DNA of 64,000 bases from Minisyncoccota bacterium. Its GTDB lineage: Bacteria; Patescibacteriota; Minisyncoccia; Phycocordibacterales; UBA2100. The stretch covers positions 9-64,008 of the forward strand of contig DATDWX010000033.1 in the NCBI GenBank assembly GCA_036517335.1, in the 5' to 3' direction. The translations under genes were made by a program, and so were the position numbers. The notes beneath the pieces were generated by a model. That model saw only the letters and a program-made list of their open reading frames with translations, did not search any database and had not been told where the DNA came from. Positions 18,454 to 28,712 of the stretch are shown here, piece by piece. Position 1 is the stretch's first letter. Each line of letters begins with the position of its first letter.

Positions 18454-21400
18454 TTACAGTGCTTTCGCTCGCTCTACGACAAAGCTGGGCTCGCCGTTTC
18501 TTTCAGAAATTCTGCCTTTCAGCATGACGCAGGTGCCGGGGGCGAGGAGGGCTTCGTGTTCTTTTAAGATGCGGGGAAACGCGACGGCTTCGATGCCACC
18601 GGAGAGGTCGGCGAGTTTGAGGAAGAGCATACGCTCGCCGTTTTTCGTTAGGATATACTGCACGCTTTCGATGAATCCGGCGATGACCGTCTCGACGCCG
18701 CGCAGATTTTCTTTGGCATGCTGGATGGTTGTTTTCTGATTCGCCAATTTTTCTTTGTGCTTATCGAGCGGGTGACCGGAAATATAGAGGCCGAGCAATT
18801 CCTTTTCCCACACCAACCGTTGATCCATCGTCGCCGGAGGTGCGGGCGGCAACTTCAGCGCCGCAGGCGCTGAAGTTGCCGCTCCGAACAAAGAACCCTG
18901 ATCGGTCGGCGCCTTCATGTGTTCGCGATGATAGGTGAGGAGCAGTTCAACGTTGGCAAAAAGCGCTCCGCGCTCTCCCAGATCATCTAATGCACCACAT
19001 TGGATCAGCGCCTCAAGGGACTTCTTGTTCAAGTTCTTATCGGGGATACGGGAGATAAAGTCGGCAATATCTTTGAACGCGCCGCCCGACTCTCTGGCGG
19101 CAATGATCGAATCCCCCACTCCTGTGCCGAAATTTTTGATGGAGTAAAGACCAAAGCGGATATTCGTCTGATCTACCACAGTAAACACGCCACCACTCTC
19201 ATTGACTGAAGGCGGCCACACGTGGATACCCATTCGTTTGCATTCCGCGACCGCTTCAGCGATTTTTTCCACGTCGCCGGCGTCAGCTGTTAGCACCGCA
19301 GCCATATAGTCCACAGGGAAGTTGGCCTTCATGTACGCCGTTTTGTACGCGAGCGAGCCGTAAGAAGCCGCATGGGCTTTGTTGAATCCGTATGCAGCGA
19401 ATGTCTCTATTTGCTCCCATAATTTTTTTGCTGCATCTGGCTTCATGCCGTTATGTATACAGCCAGTAGTAAAACGCTCTTTCTGTGCCGCCATTTCTTT
19501 CGGCACTTTCTTTCCCATTGCTTTGCGGAATTTGTCGGCCTCGCCCCATGAGTACCCTGCGAGCTGCACAGCTATCATCATCACGTCGTCCTGATAAATG
19601 AGGACGCCATACGTAGGCTTCAAGATTTCCTCCAGACGCGGATCGAGATAGCGCACGCGTGCTGGATTTTTCTTGCGCTCAATGTATTCAGGGATGAAGG
19701 CCATGGGGCCTGGCCGGTAGAGAGCGACCATCGCATTCAAGTCATGGATGACGGTCGGCTTTAGCTCTTTGAGATACGACGTCATACCGCCACCCGCCAT
19801 TTGAAAGACGCCGAGGGTTTCGCCGCGGGTGAGCATCTCGTACACTTTCCCATCGTCGAGCGGAATGCGATCGAGATCCACTTCTTGCCCGAGCCGCGCG
19901 CTCACGCGCGCGACGGAGTCGGCGAGGACCGACAGGTTGGTGAGTCCGAGGAAGTCGAATTTGAGAAGGCCCACGCCGCCATATTCGTCGGCGATAGAGT
20001 ACATGTCGTACTGGGTGATCATTTTGCCACCTTTCGGGTCCATTTGGATCGGCGAGTAGTTGACCACAGGCTCCGGCGCGAGGATCACACCCGCCGCGTG
20101 CACACCGACATGCCGCGCGTTGCCCTCTATCTTTTGCGCAAAGTCAATAATTTCTCGCGCGTCGGGATCATTCTCATACACTTGTTTGAGTTCTGGCACG
20201 CTCTCTAGTGATCCCGCAATAGAGACAGGGAAGCCCTGCTTGCCGAAGGGGATCATTTTGGCCAGAGAATCGCCCTTGCCGTAGGAGTGCCCGAGTGCTC
20301 GCGAGACATCCCGCACTGCAGCGCGCGCCATCATCGTGCCGAACGTGCCGATCTGTACCACTTTGTTCTCGCCGTACTTTTCTCGCGCGTACTCTATTAG
20401 TTCGTCGCGGCGAAAGGCGTCGATATCCATGTCGATATCCGGCGCGCTCGGCCTCTCGGGATTGAGGAAGCGCTCGAAGGGCATGTTGAACTCGAGGGGA
20501 TTGACGCTCGTGATGCCGCAGAGATAGGAGACCAAGGAGCCAGCTGCGGAGCCGCGCGTATTAGTGAAAATGCCTCTCCCCCGTGCCCACGCGAGGAGAT
20601 CAGCGACGATGAGGAAGTACGATGCGTAGCCCTTTTGCCTGATAATGTCGAGTTCATAATTGACCCGCGCCCACATCTCGTGCGATTCCGTGAGTTCGCG
20701 CTCTTTGATGCCGCGCTCAGTGAGCACTCGCAGCTCATGATCGTCCGTGGACCCTGGGGGAATGGGGAAGTTGGGAAAAATGACCTTGCCCAGCGTGAGC
20801 TTGAGGTCGCAGAGATCGGTGATTTTTTGTGCATTTTCGAGCGCCTCGGGCGTGTCGGCGAAAAGTTCAGCAGCGCGTTCGCTTGTAATGAATGAAAAAT
20901 CCGGGCCACTGCCCGCCGATTCACGATCAAGCGTACCCCCCGTGCGTATCTTGATGACGAGCTCGCGCGCGGCCGCGTCCTCTTTCTGCATATAGTAAAC
21001 GTCGTGCGCCGCCACCAATTCGACAAGCTCATGGCGAGCTAGTGTGACAATACGGCGCATCTTTTCCTCGTGTCCTTCGACTTCCGGGTGGTGGGTGATT
21101 TCGATGAAATATTTTTCTCCATACAATTTTTTGTACCACGCCAGGATTTCTTTCGCACGTTCGACATTCCCGTCCGCCAAAGCGCGGGCATGCTCACCCG
21201 AAAAGCTGGGCAGTATCGCAATCAATCCATCGCGGTGTTGCTCCATCAATTCCCTATCAATGCGCGGGCGATAATAAAATCCTTCGAGATACGATTTTGA
21301 TACGAGCTGGAGAAGATTGTGATACCCCGCCTCATTCGCCGCGAGCAACACAAGCCGCGAGTGTCTATCGTCCACCCGGTGCTCTTTATCGCGCCGCGTG

Positions 21401-21624
21401 CGCGGCGCAACATAAAAATCCACGCCGATGATGGGCTTGATTTTCTGCTCCTTGCACTCTTTGTAGAATTCAATGGCGCCGTACAGATTGCCATTATCCG
21501 TCAAAGCCAAAGCCGTTTGTCCATCAGCTTTGGCCGCCGCAACCAGCTCCGGAATTTTCGGCAGCGCTTCGAGCAAGGAATAATGCGAATGGACATGCAA
21601 ATGGACAAAGCCGCGCGCGCTCAT
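18454..21624 (-). CDS. dnaE: DNA polymerase III alpha subunit
   Basis: FVHLHVHSHYSLL (PHP), RGSAAGS, FERFLNPER..PDIDMD, LKFDFLGL, YGFNKAH, OB fold. Confidence 0.97.
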   Translation of the reverse strand: MSARGFVHLHVHSHYSLLEALPKIPELVAAAKADGQTALALTDNGNLYGAIEFYKECKEQKIKPIIGVDFYVAPRTRRDKEHRVDDRHSRLVLLAANEAGYHNLLQLVSKSYLEGFYYRPRIDRELMEQHRDGLIAILPSFSGEHARALADGNVERAKEILAWYKKLYGEKYFIEITHHPEVEGHEEKMRRIVTLARHELVELVAAHDVYYMQKEDAAARELVIKIRTGGTLDRESAGSGPDFSFITSERAAELFADTPEALENAQKITDLCDLKLTLGKVIFPNFPIPPGSTDDHELRVLTERGIKERELTESHEMWARVNYELDIIRQKGYASYFLIVADLLAWARGRGIFTNTRGSAAGSLVSYLCGITSVNPLEFNMPFERFLNPERPSAPDIDMDIDAFRRDELIEYAREKYGENKVVQIGTFGTMMARAAVRDVSRALGHSYGKGDSLAKMIPFGKQGFPVSIAGSLESVPELKQVYENDPDAREIIDFAQKIEGNARHVGVHAAGVILAPEPVVNYSPIQMDPKGGKMITQYDMYSIADEYGGVGLLKFDFLGLTNLSVLADSVARVSARLGQEVDLDRIPLDDGKVYEMLTRGETLGVFQMAGGGMTSYLKELKPTVIHDLNAMVALYRPGPMAFIPEYIERKKNPARVRYLDPRLEEILKPTYGVLIYQDDVMMIAVQLAGYSWGEADKFRKAMGKKVPKEMAAQKERFTTGCIHNGMKPDAAKKLWEQIETFAAYGFNKAHAASYGSLAYKTAYMKANFPVDYMAAVLTADAGDVEKIAEAVAECKRMGIHVWPPSVNESGGVFTVVDQTNIRFGLYSIKNFGTGVGDSIIAARESGGAFKDIADFISRIPDKNLNKKSLEALIQCGALDDLGERGALFANVELLLTYHREHMKAPTDQGSLFGAATSAPAALKLPPAPPATMDQRLVWEKELLGLYISGHPLDKHKEKLANQKTTIQHAKENLRGVETVIAGFIESVQYILTKNGERMLFLKLADLSGGIEAVAFPRILKEHEALLAPGTCVMLKGRISERNGEPSFVVERAKAL

Positions 21625-21722
21625 GCCAGCAGTATAGCTCATCGACATTACTCGATTTTTCTTGCAGCGTGGTTCGCGAGCAGCCTCCTTCATTTTGCCT
21701 GCCTGCCAGTGGGCAGGATACT

Positions 21723-22337
21723 ATGGAACAGATGAAATACCTCATCGGCATCGACGAGGCGGGGCGGGGGCCTTTGGCTGGGCCGGTTGCCGTGGGGGCG
21801 GTTGTTGTTCCTCGGAATTTTGATTGGAAGCTCGTCGCTGGTGCCAAGGATTCCAAGCAGATGACCCCGGCGGGGCGGGAGAGCTTGTACTCCACGATGA
21901 GCGAATTGCGCAAGGAGGGAAAACTCGATTTTGTCGTTGCATTTTCCTACCCAGCCATGATTGATCGGCAGGGCATTGTTCCGGCGATCCAAAGCGCCCT
22001 CAACCGAGCCCTGAGCAAAATTCAAGAGGCGTCGCCTCTTGAATGCGAGGTGCGGCTCGACGGGAATCTCAAGGCTCCCTCCGAGTTCGTTCATCAAACC
22101 ACTATCATCCGCGGCGACGAGTCGGAGTCTGTCATTTCCCTAGCCTCGATCGCTGCCAAGGTGGAGCGTGATCTCCTGATGGCGCGGCTTGCTACGAAGT
22201 ATCCGGCGTACAGATTTGAAAAACACAAGGGGTACGGCACCGCAGAGCACAGGCGGAACATCCGGGAGTTTGGGCTCTGCAAAATTCACCGGGCCACATT
22301 TTGCACACGTTTGCTTCTTGGCTCAAATGCAGTATAA
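21723..22337 (+). CDS. rnhB: Ribonuclease HII
   Basis: IGIDEAGRGPLAGPV, DSK, ASIAAKVERD, HKGYGT, IHR. Alternative start at 21732. Confidence 0.95.
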   Translation: MEQMKYLIGIDEAGRGPLAGPVAVGAVVVPRNFDWKLVAGAKDSKQMTPAGRESLYSTMSELRKEGKLDFVVAFSYPAMIDRQGIVPAIQSALNRALSKIQEASPLECEVRLDGNLKAPSEFVHQTTIIRGDESESVISLASIAAKVERDLLMARLATKYPAYRFEKHKGYGTAEHRRNIREFGLCKIHRATFCTRLLLGSNAV

Positions 22338-22345
22338 TCGCGGCG

Positions 22346-22612
22346 ATGGTAGTACGAATGCGGGCCAATCGCTCGAAGACTGGTATGCGCCGCTCCCATG
22401 CGGCTGTTTTGGCCAGTCGGGCAGCTCTGTGCAGCTGCGGCGCTTTGCGCCTCGCACACCGCGCGTGTCCTTCATGCGGAAAATACAATGGCAGGGTTAT
22501 CATTGATATTGTGGCACGCACCAAGCGTGATCAGCGTCGCACCAAACGGCGCGAAAAGGCGCTGCGCGAGAGCGGTCAGATTACAGAATCTAAAGAACAA
22601 GTAAAAACCTGA
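22346..22612 (+). CDS. rpmF: 50S ribosomal protein L32
   Basis: RRSH...CSCG...HRACPSCGKYNGR, with a C-terminal extension. Confidence 0.9.
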   Translation: MVVRMRANRSKTGMRRSHAAVLASRAALCSCGALRLAHRACPSCGKYNGRVIIDIVARTKRDQRRTKRREKALRESGQITESKEQVKT

Positions 22613-22677
22613 TATCCACATGATTGTCCGTTGCTCTTTCTGTTTGCTGTAAACTGTTCACTGTTCACTTGCTCTTT

Positions 22678-23757
22678 ATGTCCAACAGACACCTCGCTCG
22701 CTCCGTCGTCCTCCAAGTCCTCTTTGAGAGGGATCAATCCGCCAGCACCAAGAGTCTCGATGAATGCATCGGCCGCCTCGCAGAGTATGCGAGCGAATTT
22801 GGAGCGCGCGAGAGCGACATGCCGTTTATGAAGCAATTACTCCAAACGGCAATCGCGAAACAAAAAGAAATAGACGAAGTGATCATAAAAGCGGCGCCTG
22901 AGTGGCCGCTCGAAAGAATAGCCGCGATCGATCGCAATATCTTGCGGGTCGGGCTCACGGAGCTCCTCTTCGCCGACCGCGCGCACGTACCGGCGAAAGT
23001 GGCGATCAACGAAGCGATCGAGCTCGCCAAATCATTCGGTGGTAGCTCCTCTAGCAGGTTTGTCAACGGCGTCCTCGGAGCCGTGTATATTGAGCTTGGC
23101 GAGCCTGGTAAGGACGAAGGTACGGCGCGTAAAAAAGGTGGGACAAATCCGAGCAAAATGCCGACCGAGCATTTGGCTGGCGCGGTCGTGTACGCGCGGA
23201 GCGAAGGTGAGACATATCTGGCTTTCGTACACGATATTTTTGGACACTGGACCATCTCGAAAGGCAAAATAGAGAATGGGGAAGACGTAGCGGCGGGAGC
23301 CATTCGCGAGATCAAAGAGGAAATGGGGCTCGATATGAAGATCGTGCAAGAATTGGGGGTCAATGAATACATCGCCAACGATTCCAAGATCGAGGGTGGC
23401 AAAAAGCGGAAACGCGTGACCTATTTTTTGGCGGAGTCACCATTCTCCGAGCTCCGGCTCGGGCCCTCGGGCGGCCTCGACGACGCCCAGTGGTTTCCGC
23501 TCTCCTCGGTGGGTGATCTCAATTTCTATGACGATACGCTCAAGATCATCATTCCGGCTATTAATGCGCTTGCTCGTAGGAGCGATGATCCTCAAGTGCA
23601 GAAAGAGCGGGAGCAGAAAAAAGAAGATCAAGAGCGCATTGAAAATCAGAAGCGATTGGAAGACGAAGAGGAGGTAGAGGAAGAGGAAAAAACGGAAAAC
23701 CGCGAGGAGACCGTAGAATCAAGAGTAGAAAGGAGAGGGGGGAGGAGGAGGCGTTGA
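22678..23757 (+). CDS. nusB: NusB fused to NUDIX domain and charged C-terminal tail
   Basis: RHLARS, IDRNILR, VAINEAIELAKSFG, FVNGVLG; Nudix box KGKIENGEDVAAGAIREIKEEMG. Confidence 0.9.
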   Translation: MSNRHLARSVVLQVLFERDQSASTKSLDECIGRLAEYASEFGARESDMPFMKQLLQTAIAKQKEIDEVIIKAAPEWPLERIAAIDRNILRVGLTELLFADRAHVPAKVAINEAIELAKSFGGSSSSRFVNGVLGAVYIELGEPGKDEGTARKKGGTNPSKMPTEHLAGAVVYARSEGETYLAFVHDIFGHWTISKGKIENGEDVAAGAIREIKEEMGLDMKIVQELGVNEYIANDSKIEGGKKRKRVTYFLAESPFSELRLGPSGGLDDAQWFPLSSVGDLNFYDDTLKIIIPAINALARRSDDPQVQKEREQKKEDQERIENQKRLEDEEEVEEEEKTENREETVESRVERRGGRRRR

Positions 23758-23777
23758 AGTGAGACGTTCTTTTTGCT

Positions 23778-24464
23778 ATGGATTTCAAACCGTTTGAAAA
23801 AAAAATTGGCCGGAAGTTTAAGGATAAAGGTTTGCTGGAACAAGCCTTCACGCACCGCTCCTACCTCAATGAGAATCGGCAATCCGGCCGTGAGCATAAT
23901 GAGCGTCTCGAATTTTTGGGCGATGCGGTGCTTGAGCTAGTCGTGACGGAATTCTTGTTTGCGAAGTATCCCGAAAAGGCAGAAGGGGAATTGACCGCAG
24001 TGCGCGCGGCACTGGTCAACACCACATCTATATCGGCCGCGGCTGTGGCGCTCGGTATGAATGAGTACCTCTTACTCTCCCGTGGCGAAGCCAAGGACAC
24101 CGGCCGCGCGCGCGCCATCATTCTCGCGAATGCCTTCGAGGCGCTTATCGGTGCCATTTATCTCGATGCCGGTTACAAGCCTGCAAGGGACTTCATCGCC
24201 GAGCAGCTCTTCGGCATGGCCGACGAAGTGGTAGCAAAAAAATTGTGGCAGGATGGGAAGAGCAAATTCCAAGAGCTCGCGCAAGAGAAAACCGGCATTA
24301 CGCCGTCGTACCAAATGCTCCAGCAGTCGGGGCCCGATCATGACAAACGATTTGTGGTGGGCGTCTTCATCGGGCAAGAAAAGGTAGCCCAAGGCGATGG
24401 CCGCTCCAAGCAAGAGGCGGAGCAGGCTGCCGCAGAGAAAGGCCTTGCAGCAAAAGGCTGGTAA
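23778..24464 (+). CDS. rnc: Ribonuclease III
   Basis: HNERLEFLGDAVL, FEALIGAIYLD, dsRBD (GPDH...SKQEAEQ). Confidence 0.97.
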   Translation: MDFKPFEKKIGRKFKDKGLLEQAFTHRSYLNENRQSGREHNERLEFLGDAVLELVVTEFLFAKYPEKAEGELTAVRAALVNTTSISAAAVALGMNEYLLLSRGEAKDTGRARAIILANAFEALIGAIYLDAGYKPARDFIAEQLFGMADEVVAKKLWQDGKSKFQELAQEKTGITPSYQMLQQSGPDHDKRFVVGVFIGQEKVAQGDGRSKQEAEQAAAEKGLAAKGW

Positions 24465-24475
24465 AATAAAGAGCG

Positions 24476-26671
24476 ATGTATCTAAAGTCGATAGAGCTCG
24501 CGGGGTTTAAATCATTTGGGAAGAAGACCGAACTGGTTTTTGGCAGCGCTATTGCCGCGATCGTGGGGCCCAACGGGAGTGGCAAGAGCAATGTGGCTGA
24601 TGGTTTCCGATTTGTACTTGGCGAGCAGTCTATGAAGAGCATGCGTGGCAAGCGCGGCGAGGACATGATATGGGGTGGCTCACCTGCGCTTGCACGCATG
24701 AATAGGGCGTCGGTCAAATTGGTATTCGATAATTCAAAGCGACTGCTTGATATTGATTTCAAAGAAGTAGTGATTGAGCGCGTGGTGTATCGCGACGGGC
24801 AGAATGAATACGTGCTGAACGGCACCGTTGTACGGCTCAAAGACGTGATACGACTCTTGGCGGGAGCCAATATCGGCGGCTCGGGATACCAGATCATCTC
24901 GCAGGGTGAAGCCGATCGGATATTAAATGCGTCGCCCAAAGAACGGCGCGAGATGGTGGAAGATGCGCTGGGATTAAAATTGTACCAGCACAAAAAAGCC
25001 GAGAGCGAGAGAAAGCTCGAGGAGACGGCGGTCAATATCGACAAGACAAAATCGCTCCGGCGCGAGATCGCACCTCATATCCATTTTCTGCGCGTGCAAG
25101 TGGAAAAAATCGAGAAAGCGCGGGAAATGAAAGAAGAACTGGCTGCGAAATTGGCCGAGTACCTCGCGCGTGAGGATGCGTGGATCACAGCGGAAAACGC
25201 GCGGCTCCTGCAAGACGCACATGCACATGAAGAAGAGATCGCGGGGCTCAAACTGCGGCTCTTGGATACGCGATCCACCAGCAGTGGGGGCTACACTACA
25301 CGGGTTACTGATCTCCAAGTGAGTTTGAATGACGCGGAAGCGAAAGCGAGTGTGCTGCGCAGAGAAAGTGCTGAATTATCGCGCGATTTGGGGCGCGCCG
25401 AGGGCGCGCTTGAGGCCAATACGGTGACGGTGGAGCAGATCGTGGCTGTGCCGCATGTGCGACAATTTGCACGGGAGATCGAGGGAGTGCTCGCCGAAGC
25501 AGAAAAAGGTGAAGATGTTGTGGCGCTCCGGGGCGTTCTTATGCATGTGCGAGGGCGCATCCGTTCGTTCGTCGAGGGTTTGACGGGCGCTGCACCCGTC
25601 ACTTCGCACGAAGCGAAAGCGCACGTGGATGAGCTGGGCGCGAAACTCGAAAGGAAGCGCAAAGAGGAAGAAGTGTCGGCGGAAGCGATTGTCCAGCTTC
25701 GCAAAGAGATCGCGCATGCCCGCGAAGCGGGATTTGCCGCTCAGCGCGATGTTGTCGAGCTCGAAGGGCAGATTCGTGCCTTGCAGGCTACGCTCGCCTC
25801 GGTGAATACTGCGCGCGCTGGTGTGGCTGCGCTGCGCACCAGATTTGAGGAGGAAGTACGGGAGGGGATTGTGCTCTTGGGCGCGGCCATACACAACTGG
25901 AAAAGGGAGCAGATGCCGCAGGGTGCGCTCTCCGAAGACCGAAATGAACAGGAGAAGCGGAGGCGCGCGATCGAGCGGCTCAAGATCAAGATCGAAGAGT
26001 CGGGGATCGGCAACGGCGACGCAGTGGTGAAAGAATTTACACAGACAAAAGAGCGCGACGAATTTCTGGCACGCGAATTAGCCGATCTCGAGGCATCTGC
26101 CAAATCACTGAAAGACATGATTGCCGATCTCGAAAAAACTATCGATGAGCGGTTCAAAGAAGGCCTCCACCTCATCAACGCGGCCCTCAAGGAATTCTTC
26201 GCCAAGCTCTTTGGGGGTGGAGAGGCCAAGCTCACCATTGAGACGCCTCGGCGCTCGAAGCAAGATCTTGATGAAGGGGAAGAAAGGGAGGAATGGGAGG
26301 AAAGGGACGAATTATACGCGGGCCTCTCCGTATCTGTGCATCTGCCACGGAAGAAAGTGCACGGATTGGAAGTGCTCTCCGGCGGCGAGCGCGCGCTCAC
26401 CTCGATTGCCCTCATCTTTTCCATGAGCCAGGTGAATCCCCCGCCATTTCTTATTCTCGATGAGACCGATGCTGCGCTCGACGAGGCCAATAGCAAACGC
26501 TACGCCGACATGATCGAAGGCTTAGGCAAGAAGAGCCAACTCATCGTCATCACCCACAATAGGGCCACCATGGCCGCCGCGGGCGAGCTCTACGGAGTCA
26601 CGATGGGGCAGGATGGGGTTTCCAAATTGTTGTCGGTCAAACTGGAGGAAGCAGAGCGGGTAGCAAAGTAG
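24476..26671 (+). CDS. smc: SMC-family chromosome segregation ATPase (short, 731 aa)
   Basis: GFKSF, GPNGSGKSN, IISQG, LSGGE, LDETDAALD, ITH; follows rnc. Confidence 0.85.
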   Translation: MYLKSIELAGFKSFGKKTELVFGSAIAAIVGPNGSGKSNVADGFRFVLGEQSMKSMRGKRGEDMIWGGSPALARMNRASVKLVFDNSKRLLDIDFKEVVIERVVYRDGQNEYVLNGTVVRLKDVIRLLAGANIGGSGYQIISQGEADRILNASPKERREMVEDALGLKLYQHKKAESERKLEETAVNIDKTKSLRREIAPHIHFLRVQVEKIEKAREMKEELAAKLAEYLAREDAWITAENARLLQDAHAHEEEIAGLKLRLLDTRSTSSGGYTTRVTDLQVSLNDAEAKASVLRRESAELSRDLGRAEGALEANTVTVEQIVAVPHVRQFAREIEGVLAEAEKGEDVVALRGVLMHVRGRIRSFVEGLTGAAPVTSHEAKAHVDELGAKLERKRKEEEVSAEAIVQLRKEIAHAREAGFAAQRDVVELEGQIRALQATLASVNTARAGVAALRTRFEEEVREGIVLLGAAIHNWKREQMPQGALSEDRNEQEKRRRAIERLKIKIEESGIGNGDAVVKEFTQTKERDEFLARELADLEASAKSLKDMIADLEKTIDERFKEGLHLINAALKEFFAKLFGGGEAKLTIETPRRSKQDLDEGEEREEWEERDELYAGLSVSVHLPRKKVHGLEVLSGGERALTSIALIFSMSQVNPPPFLILDETDAALDEANSKRYADMIEGLGKKSQLIVITHNRATMAAAGELYGVTMGQDGVSKLLSVKLEEAERVAK

Positions 26672-26725
26672 TTGCTTTCTATAAAGTTCAAGTATAGAGT
26701 CCTTCTTCAGAAGAGGGAGGTGCAC

Positions 26726-27049
26726 ATGGCCGACATTTCCGCAAGGGCCGGGGGATATTGGCTCCTGGCGACGCAAGGCGATCCCCTCGGAGCAAAGACT
26801 TTGGGCGTATACTTGTTGAACCCGACCAAGCTAGTGTACGTGGTATGGTTTAGGCGCAAACATCCGGTGATACCCTGGAATTTGGTACCGATCGCCGAGT
26901 ATGGCACTGAGCCGTACATTATCGATGGGGCCCTAACGAGCAATTTCCGGAGCGTCAAGGACGTTTATAAATTCGGTTCGGATTCGGAGGTGCGCGAAGC
27001 CGTTCTCAACGCTCGCATAACCATCAAAGGCACCTCTATTCTTGACTAG
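26726..27049 (+). CDS. Hypothetical protein
   Basis: GGGAGG SD before the ATG at 26726. Confidence 0.6.
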   Translation: MADISARAGGYWLLATQGDPLGAKTLGVYLLNPTKLVYVVWFRRKHPVIPWNLVPIAEYGTEPYIIDGALTSNFRSVKDVYKFGSDSEVREAVLNARITIKGTSILD

Positions 27050-27119
27050 TGCAAGACTGGCCGGCGTGGGAATCCTCCTGCTTGAAACTTTATAGATTCC
27101 TGATACAGTGCTCCGACAT

Positions 27120-27578
27120 ATGTTGAAAATCCGGATGCAGCGGACAGGGCGTATTAATATGCCCTCGTATCGCATTGTCGTCATCGAGCACGCCCGGAGC
27201 CCCCAAGCAGGCAAATACCTCGAGCGGCTAGGCTCTTACGACCCCAAGAGCAAACAGCGCGTCCTCTCCGAAGAGCGCATCAAATACTGGATGTCGGTCG
27301 GTGCCAAGCCCTCGGACACGGTACATAATATGCTCGTCTCCGCCGGTATTTTGAGTGCTAAAAAGATCAATGTGTTGCCGGCGTTTAAGGCGCCAACGAA
27401 ACCCGCCGACGCGGAAGGCTCTGGCGTGGCGAAGGAAGAATCCGCTGTCGAAATACCCGTCGAAGCCGCGCTTGCGATCGAGGCAGCCGCTTCCGTCGAA
27501 GACTCCGGCGAGCCGAAGGCTGGCGAAGCGCCTGCGGAAGCCGCTCCCGAGCCATCCCCCGAAAAAGTCACAGAGTAG
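27120..27578 (+). CDS. rpsP: 30S ribosomal protein S16 with acidic C-terminal extension
   Basis: MLKIRMQRTG...YRIVV...GSYDP...YWMSVGAKPSDTV. Confidence 0.95.
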   Translation: MLKIRMQRTGRINMPSYRIVVIEHARSPQAGKYLERLGSYDPKSKQRVLSEERIKYWMSVGAKPSDTVHNMLVSAGILSAKKINVLPAFKAPTKPADAEGSGVAKEESAVEIPVEAALAIEAAASVEDSGEPKAGEAPAEAAPEPSPEKVTE

Positions 27579-27616
27579 TTGACACTTTCTTCATACCCAA
27601 GCAAACTGCTCATAAT

Positions 27617-27991
27617 ATGGAACAAGATCAGACATTTCTGGAATACGTGGTCAAAGCGCTGGTAGACAACCCGGTGGATGTGAAGATCGTGCGCACGCTC
27701 GACGAGATGGGAGTCTTGCTCACACTCACGGTGCACAAAGATGACATGGGCAAGGTCATCGGCCGCTCGGGTGCCACCGCCAAGGCCATCCGCACCATCC
27801 TGCGCGTGGTGGGTATGAAGCACGATGCGCGTGTAAATCTCAAGATAGAAGAGCCGGAAGGCAGCGAGCCCCGTGAGGCTCGTAGTATGACCGGCGAGCG
27901 CACGAGCACCGTCACTATGGAAAGGCCACCACGCGCTGCCTCGCGCGATCGCTCGGTGGACGATGTCATTGATGAGTTGAAGACAGATTGA
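27617..27991 (+). CDS. khpA: KH-domain RNA-binding protein
   Basis: LVDNP, DMGKVIGRSGATAKAIRT; conserved position after rpsP. Confidence 0.88.
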   Translation: MEQDQTFLEYVVKALVDNPVDVKIVRTLDEMGVLLTLTVHKDDMGKVIGRSGATAKAIRTILRVVGMKHDARVNLKIEEPEGSEPREARSMTGERTSTVTMERPPRAASRDRSVDDVIDELKTD

Positions 27992-28665
27992 TGTTGCATT
28001 TTCACGTCATTACTCTCTTTCCTGAATCAATCGAGCCATACCTGAAAAGCTCGATCATCGGCCGCGCGCAGCAAGCGAAGAAAATTAAGATTTCTTATTA
28101 CGATCCGAAGAAGTTCACTCGCGACAAATACGGCAGGGTAGATCGCCGCCCGTATGGAGGAGGGCCGGGGATGGTGTTGGAAGCTGATGCAATGCTCCGC
28201 GCGGTTGATGCCGCTCTCAAAAAAGGTAAAAAGCCGCAAGGCGACACCTTGCTGGTTTTCTTCTCGACTGACGGGAAACAGTTTGATGAAGCGATGGCAA
28301 AGAAAATGGCAGGAAATTCGAGAGGTGTCGCCTCTCGGAAACACATCGTACTGATCTGCGGGCATTATGAGGGGGTGGATGCGCGAGTGCAGAAAATACT
28401 CAGGGCGAAGAAAGTTTCCGTGGGACCGTATGTGCTCACGGGTGGAGAATTACCGGCGGCAACGGTGATAGACGCCGTAGCCCGCTTCGTACCGGGCGTA
28501 CTCGGAAAGAGCGAATCCCTCGAAGCCTCTCGAGTCTCCAGCCCGGAGGTCTACACGCGCCCGGAAATCTTGGTATGGAAAAAGAAAAAGTATCGCGTAC
28601 CAAAAGTTCTCCTCACTGGCCATCATGCGAAGATCGAAGAGTGGAAAAAGAAACGACGGAAATAG
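27991..28665 (+). CDS. trmD: tRNA (guanine37-N1)-methyltransferase
   Basis: ITLFPE, RPYGGGPGMV, CGHYEGVD, GPYVLTGGE, YTRP, GHHAKI. Confidence 0.96.
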   Translation: MLHFHVITLFPESIEPYLKSSIIGRAQQAKKIKISYYDPKKFTRDKYGRVDRRPYGGGPGMVLEADAMLRAVDAALKKGKKPQGDTLLVFFSTDGKQFDEAMAKKMAGNSRGVASRKHIVLICGHYEGVDARVQKILRAKKVSVGPYVLTGGELPAATVIDAVARFVPGVLGKSESLEASRVSSPEVYTRPEILVWKKKKYRVPKVLLTGHHAKIEEWKKKRRK

Positions 28666-28712
28666 TTCGATATGACAGCATAACTCGCACCTGCGTATAA
28701 AAGTGTCATATC

